From Candidatus Woesearchaeota archaeon (lineage in GTDB: Archaea; Nanobdellota; Nanobdellia; Woesearchaeales; UBA12501): a stretch of 38,733 nt of DNA. How positions within the stretch are numbered: the first letter of the stretch is position 1; every line of letters begins with the position of its first letter. This document shows, piece by piece, positions 17,848 to 27,105 of the stretch. A model generated the notes under the pieces. That model was not told the origin of the DNA, searched no databases, and worked only from the letters and a program-made list of their open reading frames with translations. Position numbers and translations under genes: made by a program. The DNA lies in contig JACOVM010000072.1 in NCBI GenBank assembly GCA_016177345.1, forward strand, positions 1-38,733, written 5' to 3'.

Positions 17848-20183
17848 AACAGTTCGCATTTCGGGTTTCCTTGACAGACATGATTCGAAAGCTTCGCTAT
17901 AGATACGATAATCCTATTGATTATCTTGGCACATTTGTCGATGCGCTGTACGTGCCAGGTGTTGCTGTCGATATTGCTGTTGATGCGGAAAAGATAGAAT
18001 TGAAATCCCCAGCAAAGCTTGATGGCAAGCTGATAGAAGCGCTTGAGCAGCACAATCTTCTTGCCATGGCATCGCTTCTTCCGCCGGTGCAAGAGTACGA
18101 AGAGGTTACGATCAAGTCCGGTGAGAAAAGAGTTGTCATCGGGGCTGATAGAAAAGTCCATGTTCATTCTTCAGCTGATTCTAAGACAGCAACAGGGGAG
18201 CAGGAAGGGGGGCAGGATCCTGATACGAAGGCTGATGCCAATGTTAATGGCACTCATGTTGTTATCCGCCGAAAAGACGGCGATGGAAAAGCACAGCAAG
18301 CAGAACTGGAACGCGTTTGTGACCTCTACAAAGGATCTGATCTTGCAGTAACTGTCCAGGGCAAGTCAGAAACAAAAGATGCAAGAACAGCTGCAATGGG
18401 CTTTGATCGTGATGGCTTCCGCGGATCAGTATGGTACGCGCCAACAAAAAATGGGGGCATCCACTACTTTCACCGAGGTCGGTTCGTCAATAGTGAAGAT
18501 GCTGTTGCCGGCGTTAATATCTGCTTGTATAATCATCCATTTCAGCCAACGGTAACAAAATCAAGAATGATCACCCGGGGAAGGGCAAAGGAACATCACG
18601 AAAAGCTCCAGCAGATCATTCCAGGTATTCTTCTTGATTACCTAACCTCCCCTCAAATTGAAACGCTTCGCAAGGAATCTGAGCGGTCGTACCAGACACT
18701 ATTGAGAAGTATTGCACGGCGTTATATGGGCCATGACGTTATTCTTGAACACGTTGAACAAAACCTTCTCTTTCCTAATGACGATGGGGACTACACCCTT
18801 CATCTTCATGAGGTAGACGCCCCAAAAAATGGGGATGCTGAATTGTGGAAGGCCTTGACCGGGAATGACCTTCCCGACAAGAGCCAGTCAAGACATTCAT
18901 CTGGCGTACGGGCATTGGCATTAGGGGTTGCGCTGACGTCACTTGTTGCTTTTGGCAGTGGCTTATATGTCATGGTTTCTGGTGCGTCAAAAGAAAGCGC
19001 TGTTGACATTTCAACCATCCTTGGTTGTGCTGATGAAAAAACAGTTGGTAACATAGCTACTGCAAATCATTTCCAGATCTCCATGAACCGTGGCGCTGAC
19101 TTTATGACAAGAGAAGAGCTTGCTAAATACTTAAGCGACTATCAAAGGGAGATCAACAAGCTCATTGCATCACAGTTCTCTCTTGATCTTCTTTCGAAAA
19201 GTGGGTATGTTCGTTTTTCAGTAGGTGATAATCTTAGTTGTTTGGGTGGCCAAATCGTTTGGCGTGACATGGCTGGATCTGATACCTCTTTTTTTGTTCA
19301 GCACTGTGATACTCCTCTTCCTGTAGAACTCCAAAAATATCGTACTGCTGATCTTGATGATAAGCTTGATGCTGTTGCTGATTTCATGCAGAACAATTTT
19401 AAATATGACAGTATTCCCCCAGAAGTTGCTGCAAGGTATGCCAGCCAGCTCGAGGCAATCGCAACAGAGCGCCGGGCAGTATGTTATGGATTAAACTCGT
19501 ACGCCGGTATCCTTCTGTCAAAGTTGGGTGTTAGAATGGACGTAAGGGGTGTCGGTGGTATTCTCAATGGTATGCCTCACTTCTGGCTTGAAGTGAATGA
19601 AGGAACACCTTGGAAGCAAGACTGGCAGGTATATGACTTCAGCGGCTCTCCGATGGCACCAGAGCTTGCTGAACAAATGGAAGACTTAGCCATGCCCCTC
19701 TCTGCTGCACTTTTAGGGCCGCTTGCTCTTGCGCAGAACAACATATCTATGCCGGGGTTAACCCAACAGCTTTCTGGAGCATATGATGAACTTACAAACC
19801 ACCCGTTACAGGTGTTGTCTCTGACTGGCGGCCAGCTCATGGCTGCATCACTATTCCTTTTAGGCGGGCTTGGTGTTGGCCTTGGGGTCCAGTATGCTCT
19901 TCGAAAAACAGGGCGTGCTGTTGAACGAAGCTCCAAAGCCCCATCATGGCAGCCTCAAGGCGCGTATCATCAGCAGTGCCTTCAGCTTCGAGACCTTCTT
20001 GGAGTGGATGGCGTGGTCATCGGGCCTGACGTGAAGTATGATGGAACAACCCTTCAGGTTCCTGTCGATTATGTGAGGGCAAATCTTATCCCCCAGGCTA
20101 TTAAGTTAGTTCCAGTTGTTGCGCAGGATGATAAGGATAAGATTTCTCTCTACAATAGAATCGTGGAGGTCGTGCGGAGATAA
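17844..20183 (+). CDS. membrane protein with a transglutaminase-like (Cys-His-Asp) domain
   Basis: Overlaps the upstream stop by 4 nt (ATGA). VCYGLNSYAGILLSKLGVRMDVRGV...MPHFWLEVNEG...WQVYDFSG (nt ~19470-19650) matches the transglutaminase-core C...H...D spacing. Predicted TM helices flank this domain. Confidence 0.75.
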   Translation: MKQFAFRVSLTDMIRKLRYRYDNPIDYLGTFVDALYVPGVAVDIAVDAEKIELKSPAKLDGKLIEALEQHNLLAMASLLPPVQEYEEVTIKSGEKRVVIGADRKVHVHSSADSKTATGEQEGGQDPDTKADANVNGTHVVIRRKDGDGKAQQAELERVCDLYKGSDLAVTVQGKSETKDARTAAMGFDRDGFRGSVWYAPTKNGGIHYFHRGRFVNSEDAVAGVNICLYNHPFQPTVTKSRMITRGRAKEHHEKLQQIIPGILLDYLTSPQIETLRKESERSYQTLLRSIARRYMGHDVILEHVEQNLLFPNDDGDYTLHLHEVDAPKNGDAELWKALTGNDLPDKSQSRHSSGVRALALGVALTSLVAFGSGLYVMVSGASKESAVDISTILGCADEKTVGNIATANHFQISMNRGADFMTREELAKYLSDYQREINKLIASQFSLDLLSKSGYVRFSVGDNLSCLGGQIVWRDMAGSDTSFFVQHCDTPLPVELQKYRTADLDDKLDAVADFMQNNFKYDSIPPEVAARYASQLEAIATERRAVCYGLNSYAGILLSKLGVRMDVRGVGGILNGMPHFWLEVNEGTPWKQDWQVYDFSGSPMAPELAEQMEDLAMPLSAALLGPLALAQNNISMPGLTQQLSGAYDELTNHPLQVLSLTGGQLMAASLFLLGGLGVGLGVQYALRKTGRAVERSSKAPSWQPQGAYHQQCLQLRDLLGVDGVVIGPDVKYDGTTLQVPVDYVRANLIPQAIKLVPVVAQDDKDKISLYNRIVEVVRR

Positions 20184-20213
20184 TCCAGATTAATCCTTGT
20201 AGGGATTGAGGAT

Positions 20214-20915
20214 GTGCATCAGATGTTTATGTTGGAACGATTGCTTTCTTTTGTTCGTGAAAGAAGAAGTGATAAAAGGGGTGGCATTGGTAATGGCAGT
20301 GCCATGTTTAACCCGGCAGAGAGAACCACTGTTGTTTTTTTGAACGATACGAAAAAAAGATGCAATCTTGTTCGCCCAGAAGGATATGTTCTGGAAACGA
20401 TTGCAGCCGCTGTTGGTGACGTTCCAAAGCAGGATAATCTTGTTGTGCTTTCTGATGAATACTTTAGCCCGTTTCGTGCAGGGGATATGGCTTATCCTGA
20501 TCCGGCTCCATTTTCGCTTTTGTTTTCCGGAATGATGGCAAACCAAAAGCGAAGGGCTTCAATGCTTTGTGGCCGTTATCTTTTTCAGAGTGATGGAACC
20601 ATGGTGCGATTGCATAAATACCATCCTCGTGGCTCGTTGGAAAAATCGGAAGAAGGCCCTCTTGGCTTTCGCCTCTGCGCAGCGCTTGTGAACCGCCCCC
20701 TATCACCATTGCCAACCTATTACTTTGTTTCAGCTGCGGCATTGCAGGATCATATTCCATCGCCACAAACACAAATTATTTACATTAATGACCTCAAAAA
20801 TGGCCTGAGAAGAATAACGCCAACTGCAGATTCTTTTTGGATTCCTTATCACGATACTGATACGGTAACCTCATGGAATGATGAGAAACATAACCACCGT
20901 GTTGTTTTGGTGTGA
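20214..20915 (+). CDS. hypothetical protein, third gene of the GHKL/transglutaminase cluster
   Basis: 233-aa ORF starting 31 nt after the preceding stop, with no recognisable motif. Confidence 0.55.
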   Translation: MHQMFMLERLLSFVRERRSDKRGGIGNGSAMFNPAERTTVVFLNDTKKRCNLVRPEGYVLETIAAAVGDVPKQDNLVVLSDEYFSPFRAGDMAYPDPAPFSLLFSGMMANQKRRASMLCGRYLFQSDGTMVRLHKYHPRGSLEKSEEGPLGFRLCAALVNRPLSPLPTYYFVSAAALQDHIPSPQTQIIYINDLKNGLRRITPTADSFWIPYHDTDTVTSWNDEKHNHRVVLV

Positions 20916-21043
20916 TGGTCGTTTAGTCTGCCACCTCTGCTCTTTAGCAAAAAATGAGAGGTTATGGCTAAAAATGAAGAAAGATTTTCTACAGAGCCAT
21001 CCCAAGGGAAAAAAATATAAAGAAGCCAAACCCAAAAGTTATC

Positions 21044-22606
21044 ATGGCCATGCCTGATGCCAAAAAAGGAGTTATTATTCTTAGTGTCCTTATCATTGTC
21101 CTTCTCTTTTCTGCCTGCACCACTGTTCCAAAGAATGTGTTGAAGGATCGCATTGCTTCTCTGTCTGATGCGGAGTTGGAAGAAGCAATGGTTAGCCTAT
21201 CCGTTGATGAGCCGAGTGGTATTGTTGGGTTTGCCACAAAAAAATCATCGACGGCAACAAAATTAGGCGTTGTCACCTCCACCGATAGGGAACAAGCGCA
21301 ACAGTTGATACAACAAGAACAGGCGCGGCGAGCATCGGCATCCCAGTCAGCATCACGTGATCAAACCTCTGCAGGGCGGCGAGGCTCTCAAAGTTCAACA
21401 ATAACCTCAGGTTCAAGCAGTGCATCATCCAGGGGGATAACAGGCCCATCTGGTGGATCGTTAACTCGGGGAGCAGTTACTCCCCCTACATTACCCAGAG
21501 GAACACTTATTCAAGACCTCACTCGCTCAAGGGCGCTGAAGGATGACATGATGAAAGTACTCGCCGATGCAGGCCTTTCAATCACGTCGAAAACAGACCA
21601 GGTCATGTCTGGTGATCTTGTTTCCCTTCCAGGATCCCATATGGATAGCGTATTTTCACAAGTCGGTTCGCTCATGGGCGCCATTGGCAGCAAGGCAGAC
21701 TTGCTTGTGTTTGGGGATATTGGTGCAACGCTGAATGGCAATACCATACCGGATATGTCATTTGACTTCGGAATGACGAGAGGCAGCAGGAATCTTGGGT
21801 TTTACATGGATGGCGGATCTAACTTGGATCCTCTTGGTGCTAAAGGAGGATTGCCTGGCGATATAAAAAGTGTGACTCGTGCGAAAACAGGAGATTCATT
21901 TGTTACAACAGTGAGTAATGGCGCTAACACGTTCAATGTTAAAACAGAGAATGGTAAATCCACTGTTGCTGTTCCTTCAGGAAATAATGTTCAGGATAGG
22001 AATGGTGATTACTACATCTGTACTAACGGTGCAGGTTGTAAAGCAGGAGTGAATAATGGGCAGATAAATACTCAAGGAAGTGGATTATGCAAGGCTGGTG
22101 AACACGTAAATTGTGATACGTGTAACGGTGTTAAATGTGATTCGGGCCAGCATTGTGATGCAGGATCTTGTGTCGGGGGGAGTAGTACTGGTTCCCAAGG
22201 GAGTAGTGGCCAATGTGATCCAGCCTGTGGTTCCGGCAAGAAATGTGAAGGTGGCCAATGTGTTGATGACAATTCTGGTGGCTCTAGTGGTAGCCAATGC
22301 GACCCTTTGGTGATGAATTGTGGCGGTGGAATGCAAGGCCCTCTTGATCCGAATGACCCTTTAGTAAAGTTGCTAAAAGCCTGTCAAAATCCAGGTCAGG
22401 TTGTGGTAATGATGCCAAATCCTAATGGTGGAACAACAATTGTTAGTTGTGCTGGGGCAAATATTGACACAAGTTCTCTTGTCACAAAATTTGGCCAGCA
22501 GAGCCAGTGCGGGGCAGGACAAGTTTGTGACAAAGACAAAGTAACCAGTGGTGCCAATCCTACACGACCATGGGGCAGAGGAGATATTGATCCTGAAGAG
22601 CCATGA
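21044..22606 (+). CDS. putative lipoprotein, Ser/Gly-rich with a Cys-rich C-terminal repeat region
   Basis: Signal peptide with the lipobox-like LLFSAC. Repeated C-x-x-G-x-x-C units (CDSGQHCDAGSC, CGSGKKCEGGQC, around nt 22090-22330). Confidence 0.75.
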   Translation: MAMPDAKKGVIILSVLIIVLLFSACTTVPKNVLKDRIASLSDAELEEAMVSLSVDEPSGIVGFATKKSSTATKLGVVTSTDREQAQQLIQQEQARRASASQSASRDQTSAGRRGSQSSTITSGSSSASSRGITGPSGGSLTRGAVTPPTLPRGTLIQDLTRSRALKDDMMKVLADAGLSITSKTDQVMSGDLVSLPGSHMDSVFSQVGSLMGAIGSKADLLVFGDIGATLNGNTIPDMSFDFGMTRGSRNLGFYMDGGSNLDPLGAKGGLPGDIKSVTRAKTGDSFVTTVSNGANTFNVKTENGKSTVAVPSGNNVQDRNGDYYICTNGAGCKAGVNNGQINTQGSGLCKAGEHVNCDTCNGVKCDSGQHCDAGSCVGGSSTGSQGSSGQCDPACGSGKKCEGGQCVDDNSGGSSGSQCDPLVMNCGGGMQGPLDPNDPLVKLLKACQNPGQVVVMMPNPNGGTTIVSCAGANIDTSSLVTKFGQQSQCGAGQVCDKDKVTSGANPTRPWGRGDIDPEEP

Positions 22607-22659
22607 AGAATTTGTTCTTTCTCTGTCTATTTTCCTTTGTTTCTTACTAACGTTGCTTC

Positions 22660-23493
22660 TTACTCACCATATCGCTGTTCTTCCCAGCTTTTTCTCATCA
22701 GGTCGATCGTTGAATCTAAAACTCCTGCAGTTGCTGGATTGAGGATGCCGTGCGTTATTCCTGTTTGCTGAAGGCTTTGGAATCCATCACGGTATGCTGT
22801 ATAAATGAAATACATTTTGTCTTCCCGGCTTAGGTTTGGGTTGTTTTGAATATCCCTAGATCGCTGAAGCACTCTTTCAAAGGATTGCTGCCATTCGATA
22901 AGGTGGGGTAGTTTGTCCTGGACATCTTGTTGAGTTCCATTAACTGCGATGTATGGGGCAGAGGCATCCTCATCTATTGCGATACCCTCCCCTTTTGCAG
23001 TATAGCTTCCATCATCTTCTTCTATGATTTCCAAAAGGAACTTATCCGTATAAGGCGGTTGCTGGTCGTCTTTGACTTGGTGGATAGTGATAGTGTTGTC
23101 AGCTTCAGTAATGTACCAGTCCCCTGTTCTTCGTAGGGAATAATCATAATCATCATACAGCAGCCTGACGTCTGCTTTGAGAATTCGCTCGAGAGGGTTT
23201 TTCCATACCTGGTAAAGGTTTGGGGGAGTTGGTGTTCCCGGATCTTGTTCCATATTTTCATCTGCAGGTCTTTCCTCTTTCTTTAGTGAGTCCTGTTTTT
23301 TGGCGGTGGTTGTTGGATTTTGGTTTTTGGCTTCACCATCTTCTTCTAGCCCAATAATTTGTTCAATTCCGCCCTGTTTAACGGTTTTGTCCGGGACAGA
23401 TTTGTCAGAAAAAAAGGGTTCATGCCGAAGGAGAAGATATGCTGCCAAGGCCTCTGCCCCGAGAGCGAGAAGTAATGTTGTTGAGCGTTTCAT
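22660..23493 (-). CDS. N-terminally membrane-anchored orphan protein, paralog of 7289..8116
   Basis: It has the same architecture as the 7289..8116 product: an anchor (MKRSTTLLLALGAEALAAYLLL), a K/E/P linker and a conserved C-terminal domain. Confidence 0.75.
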   Translation of the reverse strand: MKRSTTLLLALGAEALAAYLLLRHEPFFSDKSVPDKTVKQGGIEQIIGLEEDGEAKNQNPTTTAKKQDSLKKEERPADENMEQDPGTPTPPNLYQVWKNPLERILKADVRLLYDDYDYSLRRTGDWYITEADNTITIHQVKDDQQPPYTDKFLLEIIEEDDGSYTAKGEGIAIDEDASAPYIAVNGTQQDVQDKLPHLIEWQQSFERVLQRSRDIQNNPNLSREDKMYFIYTAYRDGFQSLQQTGITHGILNPATAGVLDSTIDLMRKSWEEQRYGE

Positions 23494-23637
23494 GGGGTGG
23501 CAATCACAGACGGACTATATAAAACTTTCTATTTTATTCTCTAATAAGTGGTAAAAAATAAAAGAAATAGAATGAAACACAAAATGAAACGCATCATCAC
23601 AATCTTTTTAAACAGATTGTGACACAAAAATCATAGT

Positions 23638-24033
23638 ATGAACAAGCTTCTAGGGAGGGCTGCTGAACTTCTTCAGCGCCGAAAAGAAACAAAGTACAAG
23701 CAGGTTATTCTTGTTCGCGACGACCTCAAGCTTCCGAAAGGAAAGTTAGCTGCACAAGTAGCTCATGCTAGTGTTGAAACAGTAATGAAAGCAGATCAAG
23801 GGGTTGTTCAAAAGTGGCGCGCCGAAGGCATGATGAAAATCGTGTTAAAAGTGAAAGATGAGAAAGAGCTTCTGAACCTTCATCACCAAGCAGATTATCA
23901 TGGCCTAACTTCTGCCCTTATTACTGACGCAGGTCATACGGTAGTCGAGCCAGGAACCATTACGGTGTGTGGTATTGGTCCTGCACTGGTGTCACGAATT
24001 GATGAAGTGACTGGTCATCTTCAATTACTATAA
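23638..24033 (+). CDS. pth2: peptidyl-tRNA hydrolase, archaeal/eukaryotic Pth2 type
   Basis: KQVILVRDDLKLPKGKLAAQVAHASV ... ITDAGHTVVEPGTITVCGIGPA ... TGHLQLL is the canonical Pth2 pattern. A TATA-like CTTTTTAAAC sits about 29 nt upstream. Confidence 0.9.
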   Translation: MNKLLGRAAELLQRRKETKYKQVILVRDDLKLPKGKLAAQVAHASVETVMKADQGVVQKWRAEGMMKIVLKVKDEKELLNLHHQADYHGLTSALITDAGHTVVEPGTITVCGIGPALVSRIDEVTGHLQLL

Positions 24034-24110
24034 TTTAATGCTGTAATACTTTAATACTGTAATACTATTCATGTTCATTACTCATTTGCTAAATTATTCT
24101 TACTAACATC

Positions 24111-24758
24111 ATGACACGCGATCTTGAAAAGGTAGTGAAGAAAAAAGTGCAGCCGATTGTAGAATCTTCTCTCCACAAGCTTCTTGGCGTGACGATCGGC
24201 GAACTGAGCGATGACATTACCGAAAAGCTTGAAAAGCACCCCCTTCTTGACATGGTGATCGATACCAACATTCCATTCAAGCAGGCAAAGCAGCAATTCA
24301 AGCGAGGCTATATCAAAAAACTGCTTCAGCTGAATTATGGCAATGTGTCTGGGGCTGCGCGCATTGCGGATATTGATCGGCGGTCCGTGCATCGCTTTGT
24401 TAAAAAAGGCGATATTGACGTTAGAAACATCAGAAAAGAAATGGCAAGGGCATATGAAATAAAACAAGCGGCTGTCGGATCCATCATCCAGGATGTTCTT
24501 GAGCATTACAAAAGCGTTCTTCATCCAGAAAAATTGAATGAAGTGTACCATCATGTTCCCGACGTATCAAGAGACATTCTTGGCCATCTTCCAGAACAGC
24601 CTCAGTCATTGAAGGATGCTGAAGAGGAATTTGAGCGGGAATACTTCAAGAAAGCCCTTGCCGAGCATAACAGCAATGTTTCAAAGACAGCAAAAAAAAT
24701 TGGACTGAGGTATGAAACATTGTATAGGAAGGCGAAGAGGTTGGGGCTTCTGGATTAG
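24111..24758 (+). CDS. DNA-binding protein with two Fis-type (HTH_8) helix-turn-helix modules
   Basis: FKRGYIKKLLQLNYGNVSGAARIADIDRRSVHRFVKK and FEREYFKKALAEHNSNVSKTAKKIGLRYETLYRKAKRLG both match the Fis/NtrC C-terminal HTH pattern. Confidence 0.75.
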   Translation: MTRDLEKVVKKKVQPIVESSLHKLLGVTIGELSDDITEKLEKHPLLDMVIDTNIPFKQAKQQFKRGYIKKLLQLNYGNVSGAARIADIDRRSVHRFVKKGDIDVRNIRKEMARAYEIKQAAVGSIIQDVLEHYKSVLHPEKLNEVYHHVPDVSRDILGHLPEQPQSLKDAEEEFEREYFKKALAEHNSNVSKTAKKIGLRYETLYRKAKRLGLLD

Positions 24759-24770
24759 TTTTATGTTAGC

Positions 24771-24820
24771 ATTTTTTGGTATTATTCTTTATTTTTCGGT
24801 ATTGTTCTTTATTGTTCTAT
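24771..24820. repeat. T-rich 20-nt tandem repeat (about 2.5 copies) between convergent genes
   Basis: ATTTTTTGGTATTATTCTTT (24771-24790), ATTTTTCGGTATTGTTCTTT (24791-24810) and the partial ATTGTTCTAT. This is probably a termination zone. Confidence 0.5.
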
Positions 24821-24893
24821 TTTAGATAAGTAAACTAAATAAGTAAATGCTAATCATGGCTTCGCTGCGCTCGCCATGAACGACGGGCAATTG

Positions 24894-24996
24894 GCGTAAA
24901 CGCACAGCAATTACAATGCGATTCCTTTTTTCTTGCTCCATACTTATCGAGGAGCAAGAAAAAAGGACTGGTTGTTCATTTCAATAGCGTTTACGC
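24894..24996. repeat. intergenic compound hairpin with the same architecture as 12631..12746
   Basis: Outer stem: GCGTAAACGC 24894-24903 pairs with GCGTTTACGC 24987-24996. There are 19-nt internal loops on both sides. Inner stem (perfect 17 bp): TCCTTTTTTCTTGCTCC 24923-24939 pairs with GGAGCAAGAAAAAAGGA 24951-24967, with an 11-nt loop. Confidence 0.7.
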
Positions 24997-25119
24997 AACA
25001 GCAATTCGTTCCCGCCCGACCGCAGGTCGTGGCGGGATTATGACCTTCATCAATCTTAGCAAAAAGGTATGGATAACATCTTTACTATACATCTATCTTA
25101 CTATTTATGGTGTCCTAAC

Positions 25120-26400
25120 TCAGATAAACGACGTGATCCACTTCAGAAATCTGATAAGCGCAGGCTTCTTTTTCTGTTGTTTTTGTGGTAGTGTTGGCTC
25201 GGGCCCTAGTTCTTCCTGCTGTTCTCGTTGATCCCCCTGGTTTTCGTTTATCTCTTTTTGATTATCTCCTTGTTGCCAATTATTATCAGCAGCATCGTCT
25301 GATTCTTCGTTTGTTTCTTCTTCACGTTCTTTACTATTATCTTCAAGATCATCGCCACCAATGTCTTCTATATCTTCTATAACAGTACCGTCTTCAGACT
25401 CGTCTTCGTTGGTTCCTTGTGTTCCTGTTTTGAAAACACAAACTTTTGCAAAATTGTGCTTCTCACCATTATAATCTTCTTCGGTAAGTTGCAGTGGTTG
25501 GACGTTTACTTTACTGATGGTGACGACATAGCCAAGTGGCACATCCCTAAACGTCATTTCCTCTTGGTCTTGATGGAGCAGGACATCTACTGTTTGCTTT
25601 TCTTGATCAACCCAGAGCAGTGTTATTTTAATTTTGTTTCGAAGCCCTTCTTCTCCGGAGAAAAAATATTCTCCGTACTCCTTCTGCCGAAATTTTAATT
25701 CCATTGCTTTTTCGTACTCGTCACACTTGTTGTCGATCTGGTTGATTTCCTCATAGAAGGGAGCAAGGCATTCTTTTATATGGTCATCAATGCCCATCTC
25801 ATCGTTGCATGCCCTGCTTGCAGTCGCTATTCGTGTACAGCTTGTTCGTTCCTCACGATACTTCTCAAGATGGTTACAGATCTCCTTGTCATGCTGCTTT
25901 TTTGCTATTTTCTTGATGCAGGATATCGCTTTTTTTGGGCTTGCGTAATAAAGGCAGACCTCAAGTGTTTTTGTTTCATCATAAATCTTGTCGATGCATT
26001 CATCATAATATTTGTCGACCCTGACGTATTGGTCACAGATTGGATAATCTTCTATTCCATCAACGAATTCTATGTAGCACTCTGCCCGGTCTTTGCTGGA
26101 CTCATGGATTTTCTTGATGCCGCGGCACATCTCCATATTGTTGAGGGCAAGAGCGAGCTTGGATAGGCAGGAGTTCTTGACAGAATCCGAGGTGATCCTA
26201 TTGCAGAGGTCAACGTCCTTTCGCTGAATAGCCACTTCCTTATAGCACGAATCCTTTGATGATGCTGATGAGCAGTGGACATCGAGGGCGTCAGCGGAGG
26301 CGGGTTGGGAAAGGAGGACAGAAAAGAAAACAGATGATAAGAACAAAAGTGCGAAGGTGAAGGCTATTCTATGTTTATTATTTAATCGTAGGGGTATCAT
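25120..26400 (-). CDS. secreted Cys-repeat protein with an acidic C-terminal region
   Basis: Signal peptide ending in ASADA. There are many regularly spaced Cys residues in helical-looking repeats (CYKEVAIQRKDVDLCNRI...), followed by a long D/E-rich tail. Confidence 0.7.
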   Translation of the reverse strand: MIPLRLNNKHRIAFTFALLFLSSVFFSVLLSQPASADALDVHCSSASSKDSCYKEVAIQRKDVDLCNRITSDSVKNSCLSKLALALNNMEMCRGIKKIHESSKDRAECYIEFVDGIEDYPICDQYVRVDKYYDECIDKIYDETKTLEVCLYYASPKKAISCIKKIAKKQHDKEICNHLEKYREERTSCTRIATASRACNDEMGIDDHIKECLAPFYEEINQIDNKCDEYEKAMELKFRQKEYGEYFFSGEEGLRNKIKITLLWVDQEKQTVDVLLHQDQEEMTFRDVPLGYVVTISKVNVQPLQLTEEDYNGEKHNFAKVCVFKTGTQGTNEDESEDGTVIEDIEDIGGDDLEDNSKEREEETNEESDDAADNNWQQGDNQKEINENQGDQREQQEELGPEPTLPQKQQKKKPALIRFLKWITSFI

Positions 26401-26484
26401 AATGTTGTGTTGATTTTGTTCCTTGCCACCAATATAATAGTTCTTGTTCTAATATTTTTCTCTTGCCATCAGTACGCCTCAGTG

Positions 26485-26742
26485 CTAATTAAGGTTTTTA
26501 TAAATATTTTTTCGATGCCCTATAACTGTCACTTTAATGGTGTTATTCATTTGATCAATGTCTGCAATAACCCGATAGTCTCCCACTCTCAATTTGTAAT
26601 CTTTTCTTCCCGTAAGTCTCTCAAAAAAATGGAAAGGACTTGTTTTTGTTGATATCACTTTATCAAAAATTCGTTCTTTTATCTCTTTTGGAAGTGTATT
26701 TAGGAGGTTAATTGCTTCCTCATCAAAAGTGATCTCATACAA
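26485..26742 (-). CDS. RelE/ParE-family toxin
   Basis: DYKLRVGDYRVIADID...IKVTVIGHRKNIY is the classical RelE/ParE C-terminal signature. Confidence 0.85.
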   Translation of the reverse strand: MYEITFDEEAINLLNTLPKEIKERIFDKVISTKTSPFHFFERLTGRKDYKLRVGDYRVIADIDQMNNTIKVTVIGHRKNIYKNLN

Positions 26743-26796
26743 GAAAAGACCACCTCTTATTTTTTGCGCTCTGACAACTAAGAATTTGTTTTGGCA

Positions 26797-27048
26797 TCAC
26801 AATCCAAGCCTCTTTCGTGCCTCTGATTCGGTTAGAAACTTTCCCTTTTTTATTCTTTCCCTTGCTTTTTCAATAGCTTGGATTGTTTCCTGGCTGAGTT
26901 CAGGTTCAGCTTTGCAAGTTTTAGCTATAAATACCACTTTTTTAATTACTTCATCATAGCTCTCATTCTTATATTCCCTAAATTGGTCTAAGTCTCGCTT
27001 TGTATTTTCATGGATTTTTAGAGTAGTTATCACATCCATTCTCATCAC
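26797..27048 (-). CDS. putative cognate antitoxin
   Basis: 83-aa ORF immediately upstream of the RelE-like gene on the same strand. It is small and charged, with the typical TA gene order. The family is not identified. Confidence 0.6.
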   Translation of the reverse strand: MMRMDVITTLKIHENTKRDLDQFREYKNESYDEVIKKVVFIAKTCKAEPELSQETIQAIEKARERIKKGKFLTESEARKRLGL

Positions 27049-27105
27049 CGTTTACTTAGGTATACTAAAGTATATTTAAATGTTTCGTCGTTATGCCGGA
27101 TTGGT

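Noticed and set aside
24078-24554. 158-aa minus-strand ORF.
   Set aside because: It is antisense to the Fis-type HTH gene 24111..24758, which has clear domain motifs.
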